A stretch of DNA of 64,000 nucleotides, from NCBI GenBank assembly GCA_949358305.1, contig OX442314.1:32736001-32800000 (forward strand), given 5' to 3'. The DNA is from Strigamia acuminata. Lineage: Eukaryota. Below the pieces are notes generated by a model. That model saw only the letters and a list, made by a program, of their open reading frames with translations, was not told the origin of the DNA and ran no database searches. Position numbers and translations under genes: made by a program. Positions within the stretch are counted from its first letter, which is position 1. Each line of letters opens with the position of its first letter. Of the stretch, positions 31,160 through 45,059 are shown piece after piece.

Positions 31160-33064
31160 TCAGACCTCGGTCCCCTCCTCACCCTCGTCTTCGTAACCCT
31201 CGTCCGGCGAGTGCGCCAACCGCGCCGCTTGCTGGGGCGGGAATGGCGGCAAAACCGGCACCAAATTCCGGAACCGAAAATTCTGATGTTTCGCTTGACC
31301 AAACGGGTTGGTCACGCCTGCGTAAGCACTTTGCGCGACCCCATTGGGATCCACTTCCTCACTTTCACCGAAATCCGTCGCTTCGCCCTCCGCCCACGAG
31401 TACGACGGCGGCTTGGGCACGTCGTAGATGACCGACGAGCGCGCCGAAACGTCCGAATTAACCCAACTCTGGTCATCGCCCGGACCCCATTCACTGTCCG
31501 ACAAAGTCTCCGCCCCCATCGAGTCTATTTTGACGTCCTTTTCAGGAATGCCGCCACAAAACTCCTGTTTATCCGCCTCGAGAACGGCCGGCGCTCCGTT
31601 GTCGTTCCCTATCACGACGTCCGGCTGGTTGCCGTGATTGCACCCGTTCTCGGTCGCGTGCGATTTGTACAGAAAGTCCGTGAAGTCCACAACGTGCGGC
31701 GGTTGCGAGCGTTTCCCGCCAGGCAGCGCCGTCCCCTTGATTTCTCCCTGCTCTCTGTCCAACTGCAGGTCGGATCTTTGATGGACACCCGACGCAAGTT
31801 TGCCCAGGTGCGTTTTCTTCACCATCACGGGCTTGCTGGTCCCGAACGTCGACATGTGGCGCCACCTTTCAACAATCACCCACAACAAAACCACAACAAC
31901 CAGCGCCAACACAACCAGCCCGACGCCGATGCCGGCCACCTGCGTTGCCGTGAAGCGCGCCTCCTCATCCTCGTCCCTCGCGTACACGGAAAGAGTGAAA
32001 TTGACGGCGAAATCTCCCGCAGAGTTGTGCGCGTCGCACAAATACTCGCCGGCGTCGTCCTCCGCGACCGAACTGATGGACAGAACACTCGACTTGACGT
32101 TCGTCCCGTTCTCCCTGATGAGGAAAACGTGCGGCCGGTGAACCAAACCGCTCAGATTCGAGATCAACTTGTCCTGGAAGAACCAGCGCACGCTCGGTTC
32201 GGGAACACCGCTCACCTGGCATCCGAACGAGATCGTGTCGTCGACGAACGCCTCTGGTCTGCGGTTGCGCGGCCTGTAGACGGTCCCGGAAGGCGCGCAC
32301 GCCAGCTCGGAAGTGGGCACTTTCTCGACCAAAACGCCCCGCACGCGCTCCGGCGCGGCGCAGACGAGCGGCGCGCCGTACGGCACGCGCCCGCCCATGA
32401 GCCAGCGCTGCAGATCAATGAGGTGGCAGTCGCACCTCCACGGGTTGCCGTGCAGCTCGACTGCGTGCAGCGTGCGCAGTTGGTCGAGGGCGCGCACAGG
32501 CAGCTGCGTGAGGCGGTTGTCCTCCAACTTGAGCGAGGTGAGGCGCGCGAGTCCGTCGAAGGCGCGCGGCATGACGGTGTCGACGCGCGAGCGACTCATC
32601 TCGAGGGTGGCGAGCACGGGCAGGTGGACGAAGGCGTTGCTCTCGATGCGCGTGATGGGGTTGTCGCTGAGCACGAGACGGCGCAGCCCGGTGAGGTCGC
32701 GGAAGGTGTCCGAAGGCACGGCCGTGAGCAGGTTGTTGCCGAGGTCTAGTTCGACGAGGTTGCTGAGTCGGCTGAAAGCCAGGTCGTCGATGCGTCCGAT
32801 TTTGCAGCCTGCCAGGTAGATGCGTTGCAGGTTGAGGAGCCCGGGTGCCACGAACATGTCCTTGGGCAATGCGTGCAGGCTGTTCCCAGACAGGTCGAGC
32901 ACCTGGGTTCCCACTTGCACGCCCACGGGCAATGACGTCAAGCCCGCGCCCACGCATTCCAGGGTTTGTTTGCCGTTCTTCCAGCGGCAGGTGCACGACG
33001 GGGGGCACGAGGCGGACGCCACGCACACGAGCGCCGCCGCCACCAGCGTGGCAGCTGCGTGCAT
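31160..33064 (-). CDS. kek: Kekkon-family LRR + Ig-domain type I membrane protein (634 aa, CDS in one exon); paralog not assigned
   Basis: Signal peptide, LRR-NT CPPSCTCRWKNGKQTLEC, about six to seven LRRs, LRR-CT NPWRCDC...LACAP, Ig domain (CQVSGVPEP...DAGEYLC), TM helix, SPDEGY motif and C-terminal PDZ-binding GTEV. Confidence 0.9.
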   Translation of the reverse strand: MHAAATLVAAALVCVASASCPPSCTCRWKNGKQTLECVGAGLTSLPVGVQVGTQVLDLSGNSLHALPKDMFVAPGLLNLQRIYLAGCKIGRIDDLAFSRLSNLVELDLGNNLLTAVPSDTFRDLTGLRRLVLSDNPITRIESNAFVHLPVLATLEMSRSRVDTVMPRAFDGLARLTSLKLEDNRLTQLPVRALDQLRTLHAVELHGNPWRCDCHLIDLQRWLMGGRVPYGAPLVCAAPERVRGVLVEKVPTSELACAPSGTVYRPRNRRPEAFVDDTISFGCQVSGVPEPSVRWFFQDKLISNLSGLVHRPHVFLIRENGTNVKSSVLSISSVAEDDAGEYLCDAHNSAGDFAVNFTLSVYARDEDEEARFTATQVAGIGVGLVVLALVVVVLLWVIVERWRHMSTFGTSKPVMVKKTHLGKLASGVHQRSDLQLDREQGEIKGTALPGGKRSQPPHVVDFTDFLYKSHATENGCNHGNQPDVVIGNDNGAPAVLEADKQEFCGGIPEKDVKIDSMGAETLSDSEWGPGDDQSWVNSDVSARSSVIYDVPKPPSYSWAEGEATDFGESEEVDPNGVAQSAYAGVTNPFGQAKHQNFRFRNLVPVLPPFPPQQAARLAHSPDEGYEDEGEEGTEV

Positions 33065-33329
33065 ATCACGCCGCTCCGAACACGGCCCCGCATCTGGTCC
33101 GCATCTAGGTTGAAACAGAGAGAAGAATTAATCAATTATCGATAGAAAATTTAATTTATTTTGCACGCGGAAATTTTTAGGCATTTTTTTCCTAAATTCT
33201 GCCTAAAAATTTGCTTTTTGTCTAAACTCTGTCTAAAATATAAAAATTACTTTTTTTGCCGCTAGATACAGGTTTTTCTCTACTGAATATTGCAATTATT
33301 AGCAATTTCCCCCCTTAAAGTTTTATTTT

Positions 33330-33635
33330 ATGTTTAAATTTTGTCTAAAAATTGCATTTTTGTCTACATTTTGCCTTAAAGTTTTGTTTTTGTCTAAATT
33401 TTGTCTAACAATTGCATTTTTGTCTAAATTTTGTCTAAAAATTGCATTTTTGTCTAAATTTTGTCTAAAAATGGCATTTTTGTCTAAATTTTGCCTAAAA
33501 ATTGCATTTTTGTCTACATTTTGCCTAAAAACCGCATTTTTTGACTAAGTTTTGTCTAAAAATTGCATTTTTGACTAAATTTTGTCTAAAAATTACATTT
33601 TTGACTAAATTTTTGCCTAAAAATTACATTTTTTT
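33330..33635. repeat. About 30-bp minisatellite
   Basis: About ten copies of TTTGTCTAAATTTTGTCTAAAAATTGCATT. Confidence 0.92.
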
Positions 33636-36236
33636 AAGCCTGAAACATCATTACTTGCATAAAAATTAAACTCCTGAGCATAAAAACGCCTATTTTTTTT
33701 TATCCAATATAGTCCACTTCTCCCCCAAACCAAACCAGTTTGTGCCAACAGTGCCAAAAAGCAACTGGACGTGACTCGCACCTAATGACCCAACCCATGA
33801 TTAAACGATGATTAAATCAACATTTCATAAGTTCCTAATCCCCTAACAATTTCTCACAGGTTATTCGACCCCGGAAGTTTACACAACCAAAGTCAACATT
33901 ACGAAATACTTGACCGGTCAAGTGATGAAGCAATAATCCTCTCGCAACTCTCTGACCGCTTGCGGTACTCCGCCTTTGCAACATTTCCTCTCGAGGCGCG
34001 CAAATGAACAGTCCAAACTCGCCACCGCGTCCAATTCCACCGGGAACGAACGGGCTGTCAATTGCAGAACCCTCTGCCAATTACGCATCACCACTCGCGG
34101 CGCGAACTGATGTGTCAATCTCGTCGCACCGTGAACGCCCAGGTCAGTTTAGCGCTCGTGAAAACGACATGGCAGCCCGTCTCTCCCATCAAAATAAATA
34201 GCAAACGTCCATTAAATGGGTTCAAATGCGGGGCGTGGATATCGCTCGCGGAACGTAAAGCGGCCACATTTAGCGAAATTAAATGGAAACGGAATAAAGA
34301 CGCGCACAATGACGCGTTAATTAAGTCGGAAATTGCGTCTTGTAATTTTATTCTCCTAATTTCAACTTTTCTAAATCTTTTCCGAGCAGATGGCCACTGG
34401 TTGGCGCCGTAATCGGCTCTTAATTGGTCCCCGAAAACCGAGAATTCGCTATACCGCATCTTCGGATAAATGTTAGTAATGTTTCGCTTTCACTCACCTC
34501 AGAAGAGAATTTCCCTCTCGGTTGTGTCGTGCACGCTCGCAATGGACATCGGCCCGCCAAGAAGCTGATGTTGTGGTCACTGCGGAAGAAGGAAAAGTAC
34601 TGGTCATAGACAGCTGGCTTTCAAAGTATTAAATTATGCGTCTCGGTTTGTGCACGTGACTTTAATTGCGGGTATCACGCCAATCCGGACATGATTGCGC
34701 GAGTTTGGATTTTTATTGCTTATTTCAACAAGTGAAACTTCAAGGCGAAATAAAATCGATTTATTTACCTATTTCATTAGTTTAAAACGCTTCCTCATTT
34801 CTCTCATTGTGCGCGGGTCCCCATTAGGCCGCGGGAAAGTTAAAATTTGTAATTAGTACGCGGGTTTCTATTATAACGCGGGCCTCTGTTTAAACTCGGA
34901 AAAAGATAAAATTTGTGATTAGTGCGCGGGTCTCTATTATAACGCTGGTTGGTGTAATAGAGACCCCTCAGTCAATTTTTGCCGATAAAAAATGTCTTTT
35001 TGCAGTAAATGAACTTGAAAAGTGCGATCTGCATATAAAAAATGCATTTTTGCAATTTTTGCACAGATAACCATTGTCCAGCCGCCGTAAATTGTCGATA
35101 TGAAACTAAACTGCAAATAAAAGTAACAAATGTTTTTTTACGTGCAATGTGGAATGTGTTCCGAGTTTGGACAATTCTGAGTGAAGTTTGAAAGGATTTC
35201 CAATAAAATTTTTCATTGTGGAATATGCCTATCAGATAATGCGCGGCATGGAGATTTTGCCGATAGTGCGCGGGTGCACAAGGCGAATAATAACAACATG
35301 ACGAGGATAAGAGGAAGAGTGATTAGATCACATAGATATCCGAACATACCGAACGTCGTTGTGACCAGCTGCCCCTGCGCGCTGATCACTTACCTGCAGC
35401 ACAATGCACTTGATGCAGCTCTCACACCTTATAATTTAAAGCACCAAAGTTATATCGAAAGTTGTCTGCTTTTTTTAGCTGCGACTTTGTTATTTATTTC
35501 CGTCTTTTCGCGCTTCATCCAGTATTTATTACAATTTGTCATTCCTGCATGCTTCAGTATATGTGTTTAAGTCAACGGCACCAACAACTGGTGGGAACCG
35601 AAGAAGAAAACCCATAAAAATATAAATTTTGCCAATTATTTCCACTGCACATTTTTGTTTTTTAAATTTATTAGTTTTTTCATTACACTGAAGGTGCCCC
35701 ACCAGCCACCACAACCTCTTATGTGGATTTATGAAAACAACAACAAAATATGCAATAAGACTGAAACAGTGAAACGAGCACAACTAGAGTCTTAAATTTC
35801 TTTGAATAATTAGATTTTCAGGCAAATTTCACGATACGCTTAATTGAATTTCAGAAGAGTCTAAGTAGAAGTGATTCTTTGTATAAATGAATTTGAATAA
35901 TTTAAATATTGAAAGGGAGGGAAAAAAAAGAAGAGTGCTTGTTAAAGTGCGAATTTGAAGAAGGAACTCAACTGAACTAATCTTTCAGATGATTGCAATT
36001 CATGAAAACTGTTGACAATTTTATATCTTATCGTCATGTTCACCAAGACCATAAAAACTTAAATCATCGCCAATAAAATAAAGATATTAAAATACGATAA
36101 TGTAATTCAATGAACAACAGCGACAACTTAATGTCGGAAGAAAAAAAAAGAGACCCGGACACTCACAAATCGATTTCAATAAAAAGCATTATAATTTATA
36201 ATTTATTAATTCGGTATAAAACAGTTGTTTATGATG

Positions 36237-36792
36237 TAGGGTTTCTTTACCGGTGTTTTCCGGTATCAAAAACCGGTATTTTTTAAAAAATACCAAATAC
36301 CATTTTTAGTTTGGTATTAGTACCGGTTTCTTCCGTTAGGGATCACTGCGATAGTGACATTTATAATAACGCAAGTTATCGATTTTTTAACTTAAAAATG
36401 TTAGTTTTTTTATTTTTATACGTAAAAATTAGAAATTAATAAATTTTTTTCCACATAAAAATGAAAATACATTGATTTCTTAACTTAAAAATAAGAATTT
36501 ATTGAATTTCTTAACTTAAAAATCTTATAAACTCTCAATTTATCAATTTAAAAAAAAATTTCAATTTCAACTAATTAAACCAACACCTGATAACTTAACA
36601 AACTGCTACAACCCAATCAAATTAATACCGTATTTAAAAAAATAAACAAAAATTACAATTAAAACAAAACGATTAAAATAAAAACATTTAACGTTGTAGC
36701 TATTTATTTTACTTCGTTACCGAAAAATACCGATTTACCGGTTTTTTGAATATTGAATACCGAAATACCGGTTTTACCAAAAGTCTCAATTT
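36237..36792 (+). mobile_element. Non-autonomous DNA element, TAGGG-terminal family, copy 1 (right end missing)
   Basis: Collinear similarity to 56592-57561 at both ends, with ACCGGT/TACCG subterminal motifs. Confidence 0.75.
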
Positions 36793-39700
36793 GCATTCAA
36801 AAATTAAAACATTTTGTGTTTTACGTCAACTTTAAAACAAAAATTTAATTTTATTGATCTCTAAAATTAAATACTTTATAACGAAACAACGTGTACGTTG
36901 TGCGAGTTATTTTATTTCCGACATAAATCCACAAGCCATGCAGAGGTGTCTGCTAGTTTGTTAGGAAAACAATCCAACACTTGGCAAGATGGAAACAATT
37001 TCAAAAACAATTTCAAAAACGAGTATAGCTTTTGTTTTGAAGAGTGCTAGTCGTGAAATATTGAATATTCCAACCGAGCGCGTATAAAATAGCATTTAGT
37101 TATGTGTTTAGATGGCGTTTTCAGTAGCTACTTAGGGAAGCATCAGATGTGCGAGATCTCATTAAGTTGCCGTGCCACTAACATTGAAATTCCATTCCGG
37201 CGTTAGCTGCGCGCCTTCGTTTCTGTCAGCCTCTGTTTGACACGCCCAGTTGCTTGATTTGTACGTGCGCCACTTCTTGTTATTTATTTCATTCCCGCGT
37301 GCAACATTCGCATAGTGATGAGCACTCGAACATTTCTTCCCAATCACGGCCTCTCCCAAATGCAGTTGCGGTTCACCTTCGCCCGCAACGCCCGCATTAA
37401 CCGATCCCACTCGGCCCACCTCCATTTTCTGCGAATTAAAAATAAATGAACGATTTATTGCAACGCCGCACAACTTTTTCGCGCATTTTCCAACGCGGGT
37501 TCAACGACCGCACGCTTCACGAAATGACCGGCGTGCGTGCATGACGAGTGTGATTTTTCGAGGGTGGAGACACAGATATCTCGCGACAACTTCGAGAGGG
37601 CGGATGATGGAAAACCGACACGACCGGGGTCGATTTTTACGACATCAATTCACGTGACAAGCGAAGTTACCTCCCAGAAGAAGACAAGTTCATCGCGCGT
37701 CAAAAATAAAGGGAGAGAAAAATATGAAAACAATTTAATCAGGCAACTGTGTTCTAAGTCGAAAATTCACGTTGCAATCGTTAATCAGAATCGATTTTCA
37801 ATTAATTGCGAGTGGAGGGGACGACAAAGAGCTCCGTGGTGTGTGTCAAACGTCAAAAGTAATTAATTAAGGGCTGATGAAAGAGATAAACAAATTTCTA
37901 CGAAACAAACTTTGCAGATATATTTCCGCATGTGATTCGAGAGGGGCCACGCAACACCTGTCGCTGGGGGGGTGCGGGGGGGCGGAGGAAACGGAAATGG
38001 TCGTAGCGCGTGTTGTAATTGCACAAACTGCACGCGGGCGTGCACAAGGCCAAGCAACTCTTTGCTTACGTGCTTGGCACGCGCAATGGAGATCTGGGGA
38101 GCCATCACCGCCCGAAGAAAGCGGCGCTTGATGACCGGCAAACGCGCCAACTTAATTAGGAACGCGCACTAATGACGATCAAAGGCACGAGTCACGTGAT
38201 AAAAACACGAGTTCCGTGAAGAGTTTGCAAGAAAACGGGGAAAAGTTTGAATAGAAATCGTTCTGTGGAATACCTGAATTGATTGATCTGCATCAAGTGC
38301 ATGGCAGTGAAGCGCTGCGATGAATTGTCAAGGGCAGCAAACTGTTAAAAACAGAAAAAAAAATTTTTTTTTAATTATTTAAATTAAATAGGATAGAATT
38401 TCGACATTGTAAAGGCTCAATCAACACATATGGCCAGGTCCATCGGGTGATAAAAGTTGAGTAGAAAGAAAGGAAAATATAATGCACAACGCCAATTGCC
38501 CATAAAGCTACGGCTTTCAAGCAAATGGCTTTTACACTTGGTTGCTTGGCAACTTGCACTACAGAGATATCCGGTGGTATTATCACTGTTCTGTTTTTCT
38601 GATTTTATTGCTTGGCAAAGTGTGGACACAGTAATATTTTTTTATGTATTAAAAAACATGCTGGAAACAAGATAAACATCAAAACAATGGCAATAAAGGT
38701 TAGAAGAGCGCAATTGTTATTAAATTGGGGCAAAGATATGAATAGAAAATCTCTTTTTTGTTTTTTTGTTTCTTTTTTTTTCAGGAAAAGTAATTAAGTT
38801 TGGAGTCACAATTCACAAACCGAGCGAGAAATAAGTCATCGAGAAAATGGAATAATTGTTTCCCATGATGGCAAATGTAATTAAAGTTGCACAAAAGAAG
38901 AAACGTTGAAAACAAATGCTATAAACCAATTCATCCGAAAACAAACTAAAACAAATACATACTTTGAATTTATTTTAGTTTTAGTATTTTTAGTATATTG
39001 TAAAATACATTTTTGTACCATTTTGAACTAAAGGTCCGATCCGACTTTAATTCCACTCTATCCAACTTGACTTTTCGCAAAATCTTGGTGTCAAAGAACA
39101 AAATTGAAAAGAAGAGATAAAGACTTCAGTTTCAGCAATCATCGTATGCTTTACGGCAAGGTGACACCTGGCGATAGCAAGAATGCGAGTAGATTAAACG
39201 ATGACGTGACACAATCTCCTCTGGCCATCGTCGTTTCTCGCTCTTCTGTGTAATTAATCAAAACTTTTCTTCGATACTTTTTCCTTCCCTATTCGTCAGC
39301 ACTTCGCCAGAGATCATGCAACAAATTAATCGATTTGCACCCGCAAAAACAACTCTCGGGAATTCCTATTTCGACCGAACAGACGGAACAGACACAGAAA
39401 TCCAAATCGCGATCGACACAATTCGGACGACGCCATTCCATTACCGGCACATAGGTGGACTCTCTCTCTCTCTTTCTTCCTCTTCTTTCTCGTTCACCCT
39501 TTTACAACCTCAGCAGGAAATTAAAACGAACCAATTCAAATTTTCTCACCACAACTCATATCGGATTGAACCATTTGTGAGCACTCGAAAACAAGAAGAA
39601 AAAAAAATTATCATTGCACTGCAGTCGGTCGTAAAAAGGGCACAAACGCTTCCAAGTTGAGTTGGACGCCTCCTAGGCATCAACTCACTTAATTAAATTA

Positions 39701-42700
39701 AACAAGGACAGAAAATAGCCCGACTTAATGACCCTTTTTCTCTTTACGCACTTTTTTCGGTCATCAATGTAACTTTCTCGATTTTCTTTTGCGATATTCG
39801 CATTTAATTAGCATTATTTAAGCGCCACCTGGCGTACTTGAATAAAATCGCATTACAATTTTAATATTTGGTAAGAAGATACCATCTTTAATAAAATATT
39901 AGTAAATCGACATCTAGGGTTTAGGGTTATACTTCGAGAATACGTTATCGGAATGCTTAATCTACAATATCCCTGGCGGAAAGAATTCGATGCTTTTACT
40001 GCCTCAAAAAATCTGCAGGAAAATTCGCCGTTAGAATTAGACGGAATCAATAAAAGGTTAAATAATAATGAGATTTAATTAAAGTTTTGGGTATTTATAC
40101 AGAAACTACTAAGCTGTTAATGAGCATCTCGGCGTATCAGTTCTAACCGAATTGAAAAAGGGATCAAAATGAGGATTGGTGTGTAATTAATAAGGCTAAA
40201 CACTGAAAGAAATAAAGTGTTTATAGAATCTTAAACCTGATATAATATAGCATGAATAAAAAATTTGTTGTTGTTAAATTTGTATTTGTATTCCGTATTT
40301 AGCACACATTTTTGCGGTTATAAAACAACCACTTTACAATTAATTTCTCTTGGCCACTGTTAGAACACGAAATACATCTTTAGTAAATACACACTACTAT
40401 TGCTACAAATTCCACAGGTTCAGTAAAGACAAACAAACAAGGGAGTGAGCACACATTCCAACAATGGTCTAACTAAACTTGTCACTTACTTAGACAGGTG
40501 AGTCCAAGGTATTTGAAATGTCACAAAACACTCTCGAAGAATTTTGATTTACTGCTGGAAGAGTGTTTCTTCCAAGTGTTTTTTTCCAAAACTTTAAATC
40601 AGACCGAGTTTTATTTTCACTCAAAAACTCTGAACAGGAAATAAAATTTCCTGTGCACCATGCGGGCTGCACCTCCCTTTTTAGCACGTGAGGATACGAG
40701 GAAATTCAAACTCCATCAGCTCACCTCAAGAATAAATTCCTATTCCTACAAGATAAATTTCGGGATCGCCACACATACGTACTGACATATTTTTACATTG
40801 CGCAGATTGATTCTGAGATTAAAGTGGCCTCGAAGCTTATTAAAAGGCGAAATATAGCAGAAATGAATTCACAACTCAGAATCACGCAGAAATTTGGCAT
40901 GTAATGTCTTGCAGTGAAGTCCAACCTCTGCCGGGTCGAGAATTGCACCACAACTGCCCTCTACGACTCCCTCGCAGTCTCTTCGGTCCCATTCCGTGGA
41001 CTAATCCATTTCATGAGCCCATCTAAAACCCTGTTGAAGCATTGGTTGAGGCCATGGGTCAGTGGTCAGTGATGTTGCAGTGATCCATTCTGATCGCATT
41101 ACAAATTAAAAATAATTAAAGCAACTACTGAATTTTTAAATTTATTTCAATATTGTCTGCGCTCGGGGAAATTAGTCGGATTGAATTCTGCAGTCGCTGG
41201 TTCGTGTTTTATACTCGTGGAATATTAAAATCACGACTAATTACGTTCCGGTGTATTTTTACGGTATCGGGGGTCGCTCTTGGGATCCTCGACCAAACGA
41301 GATACACGAACACGTGCATTTGTAACCCGAATCGAATGCAACAGACAACATTTGTATTCCACTCGTCAGATTCTTTTAACAACTCAAGTTCTGCCTACTC
41401 GACTCTATTCGAAACTTATTCGCCACCGTGGGGCCACAATTTGTAGTACAAGCTGTTGTTTTGTGCACTTTTTCGCACTCTTCTCTTTTTCTTCTCTTTT
41501 TCATTTAAAACGCATACAAAAGGACAGCAAACAGACAGTCCATGGTCCACTTATCTATAGTCATCCGAAATCGTATTTCTAAGTTGTTTTTCTTGTCCTG
41601 GTTCGAAATTTATTTCAGGGCCGTGATCTATAGTTCGCCTTTTCCGAGAATCAATCGCGGAGTAAACATCATAAAGTTAAGCATTATATAGATTTACGAG
41701 CCAAACATTAGATTTAATGTAAAATAAAGCGACATATAAATCCAAACGCACTTTAACTCCCCGTGATTCTCCACATCAAGTCGAATTTCAAACATAAAAA
41801 TATATCAAGCACCAAGAGCAATTTTCAGTCAATTCCGATATCATCCATTTGCAAACATCCTTTGAAGAAGAAATCAAACATGGCTGCACCGCTTTCTTTC
41901 AAAAAATCGAAACAACACCCGACTTGGCAATGAAAAGACACAAATTCAACGCAAACGCCCAAACAGACCACACCCTGTCTTCAGAACTGGAGTGTTCCGA
42001 CTCAATCTCACCTGTTAATTTGTGACGCGTTACGCGCGTCGCGACCTCTATGTAAAATACGTTCACATAAAACACTCGTGTAAATTTTTCACCTTCCTGA
42101 CGGCGGCCATTACTTGACTGAACCATTCAATTCGCGATTCATCACTTCAAACCACTTGGAAGACAGTTTTTGGCAACCAAGGGCAACCTCTACACAAGGT
42201 GAAGCCAAAGGCGCACTTCTTAATCTCCGAGTCACGCACCTCGTAAAAATCCTTTATTTAATTTTTTTTTAGTTAAGAGAAGAAAACAAGTCCTTTCTCT
42301 GTGAAAACCAATGCTTTACTGACTTAATAATGTACAAAATGCTTACAAAGAAAACTTAGAATATAATTTCGATGTATTTTGAACCACACGGTGAATGCGT
42401 GTGTAACAGCGAAAAGGAAAAGAAATTAGAGCTGTCACAAATAAACAGGGCGTCAGTACTGAATGACAAGCCAAGAATCCATCGATCGAATTGAATTCAT
42501 CCGAGCACCGTGTTGTTGTTGCCATTCAACATTTGCCCAAAATACTTTACATTTCAATGTTGCCAAATTATCGGGGCACTTCTAGATGGGCGCAGATGGA
42601 CGCAGCGCTTCCCTGCAAAGCCAATTACCGCCTCGGTCCTCTGGAGTGGGCGCGCAAGACTCGGGTCTGTCACTTTAATTGCAGATGCTTGCAATTGTAT

Positions 42701-45059
42701 GGACGTGCGCACCGGAGTCTAATTAGGGCCAAGAAAGTAAAACAAAAGCACACACACACCTCCGAACAAATAAACAAACCTTAGTTCGTTTGATATCGTG
42801 TGTTTACACAGCTCTAGAAATCGCATTAGTAATTGAATATGAGCGCGATACTGCGTGTTTGCGCCGGCGCTAATATGCGCCGATATTTAAATCGAATTCA
42901 AACGGCCAACAGCAGGAGGGAATGTGCAATTTACGCCGTTTCCTTCTTTTTTACGGTGCAGCCAATCGATGAGTCCATCACGTCTGTCTCAATATGACTG
43001 ACCCGTCAGCCCAATATGACTTGTGCCGTTTGAATTGACTATTTCTGCCTCTATTTTATTCCCGAAAAAAATTTTTTGCCTCGCAATTTTGGCAGTTCAT
43101 GAGAAATTTAATTATAAGCCTTTTTTTCTTTATTTATTTAAAGTGTTGGTGCTTAAACTCGACTGGGGGTAGCCTAAACTCATAAATCTTGATTAGGTCG
43201 TGCATTTAGGAGCCCAGAATGATCATTACCTTGGTAGATTTAATTCCCTCATTGTTGTTTTCACTGAAACTACGGTTTTAATTAATAATTCGAAGTTGTG
43301 TATCGATGAAAATTAAAACTTATCGAGTCCCTACGCAAGATAAAAATATGTAGAAGCGGTCTTCAATGACCATTTATTTTGTATACTCATTTCAAATGAG
43401 AGCATCGACTTGCGGATACGTCAGTTTGTCAGTTTATTGTGCGGGGAATACGGCTAAGTGTGTTTAAAATTGGGTGTAGCTTTCAATCTAACTCAGTGCC
43501 CTTTCCCATAACCGAAAATGGCCAAGTTTATGGGTTCTTTTTGCCAAAAAAAAGGTTTCTTTTACCACAGTTACGCCACATTTCACTGCAGATCGTTGGG
43601 CAATGATGAAAAGAGCAGTTTAAAAATGAATAACAAAAGGTAAGAGATTGGCCGTAAGTGGTTGGTTTTGAGTTAAGCAAACCCACAAGCCATTATACCA
43701 CACACATCACGACCCAACTTCTTGAAGAAAATAAATTCTGTTTTTTATAAATTATGAATTTTTTTTTTTTTTTTTTTTTTTGAAAATCATAAATTAATTA
43801 TATAAGCTAATTAAGAACGTGACGTTTTTATTGACGAAATAAAACGGATGAGAAATGGGCCGGGAAACTGGGTGAATTCCCGAGAAATAATAATAAATTG
43901 CTATTTTATAATCTCACATTTATCTCCTACTTACTGCGGCTTCATTTATCTCAGATTCTTACGCAGACAACCTGTTGGAGATGACTATTAAAGCATTTCA
44001 CTTCACATAGAGAAAAAGATCAAGTGCATGACAAATTCCACTACGCTCAACTTGAGAATCACGTTAAGTGGGGTGGAACCGTGGAACGAGAGATTACGGT
44101 CGATGCGTAATCTCAACTAATGGATTTCTGTGAAGTGAATTCAAAATTTCGAGAAAAACAAAAAAAAAATTTTTTTTTTTAAAAAGATAAAAAAGATGCC
44201 GTTGAGATGTCGGATGTCTGTCCAATTATTCCCTTTGTTCCCCCAAAGTGAGGAAGTCAAAGAAAAACATTAAAACAAACAAAACAATTCAATTTATCTG
44301 AATTTTCCCTGAACAAAAAGAAACAAAAATACAGATTACACTTTTAAAGCGATTACAAACGTCCAAATTGCAAATGGAAGCACAAAACTCAGAAACACAT
44401 AACGATATCGCGAGTAAACAAAACAAACACATAAAATGACATTAATTTCCACAATGAGCACAAGCTGTGCCACTCATCTATTTATTTTCGTCTCTTTAAA
44501 CGCGCTGGTTCTGCATCGCCGAGACTGCAGCCAGGACCACTTCTGCTAATAAAGCAAACTTACGCAAAATGATCCAAACACAGAATCTGGCATCACAAGA
44601 CGCGTATACGTATTTATCAGACTTTCAAAGGTACAGAACGTTGCGTATTTAAGTGATATCAAATAAATTAATTTGAATGTCCATATTTTACTTGGAATTT
44701 GGTTCCAACACCTGGTAGCTTTGAGTTTACAGCCGACATTGCTTGGAGAGTAATGCGTTCGCCACACAGCGATAAAAAAGCCATGAAACGAAGAGAACGG
44801 TACACTAAACTTAAGAAATTTGGATAATAAAAAAAATGATTTAAATAAATGATTTTCACCCAAAGATTGTGCAAGAGTGAAGTGAAAAATCAATACATAT
44901 TACTAACATAATTCAGATTACCAAACTAAGGCACTTTCTTTTCAAGTGAGAAGCTGTAATATAAATTTCTGCATCTGAATCATCTGAATCTTGGTTTAAA
45001 ATTAATTGATCGCTAAAAAAATATGTCATCACCATCATCCACTTGGTTGGACAGCATCA

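Noticed and set aside
31211..32749. 512-aa plus-strand ORF and other overlapping ORFs
   Set aside because: Shadows of the GC-rich kek CDS; no independent motifs
34810..34950. Repeated CGCGGG(T)...TATTATAACGC motifs
   Set aside because: Probably a decayed MITE interior, but no TIR pair or TSD could be defined
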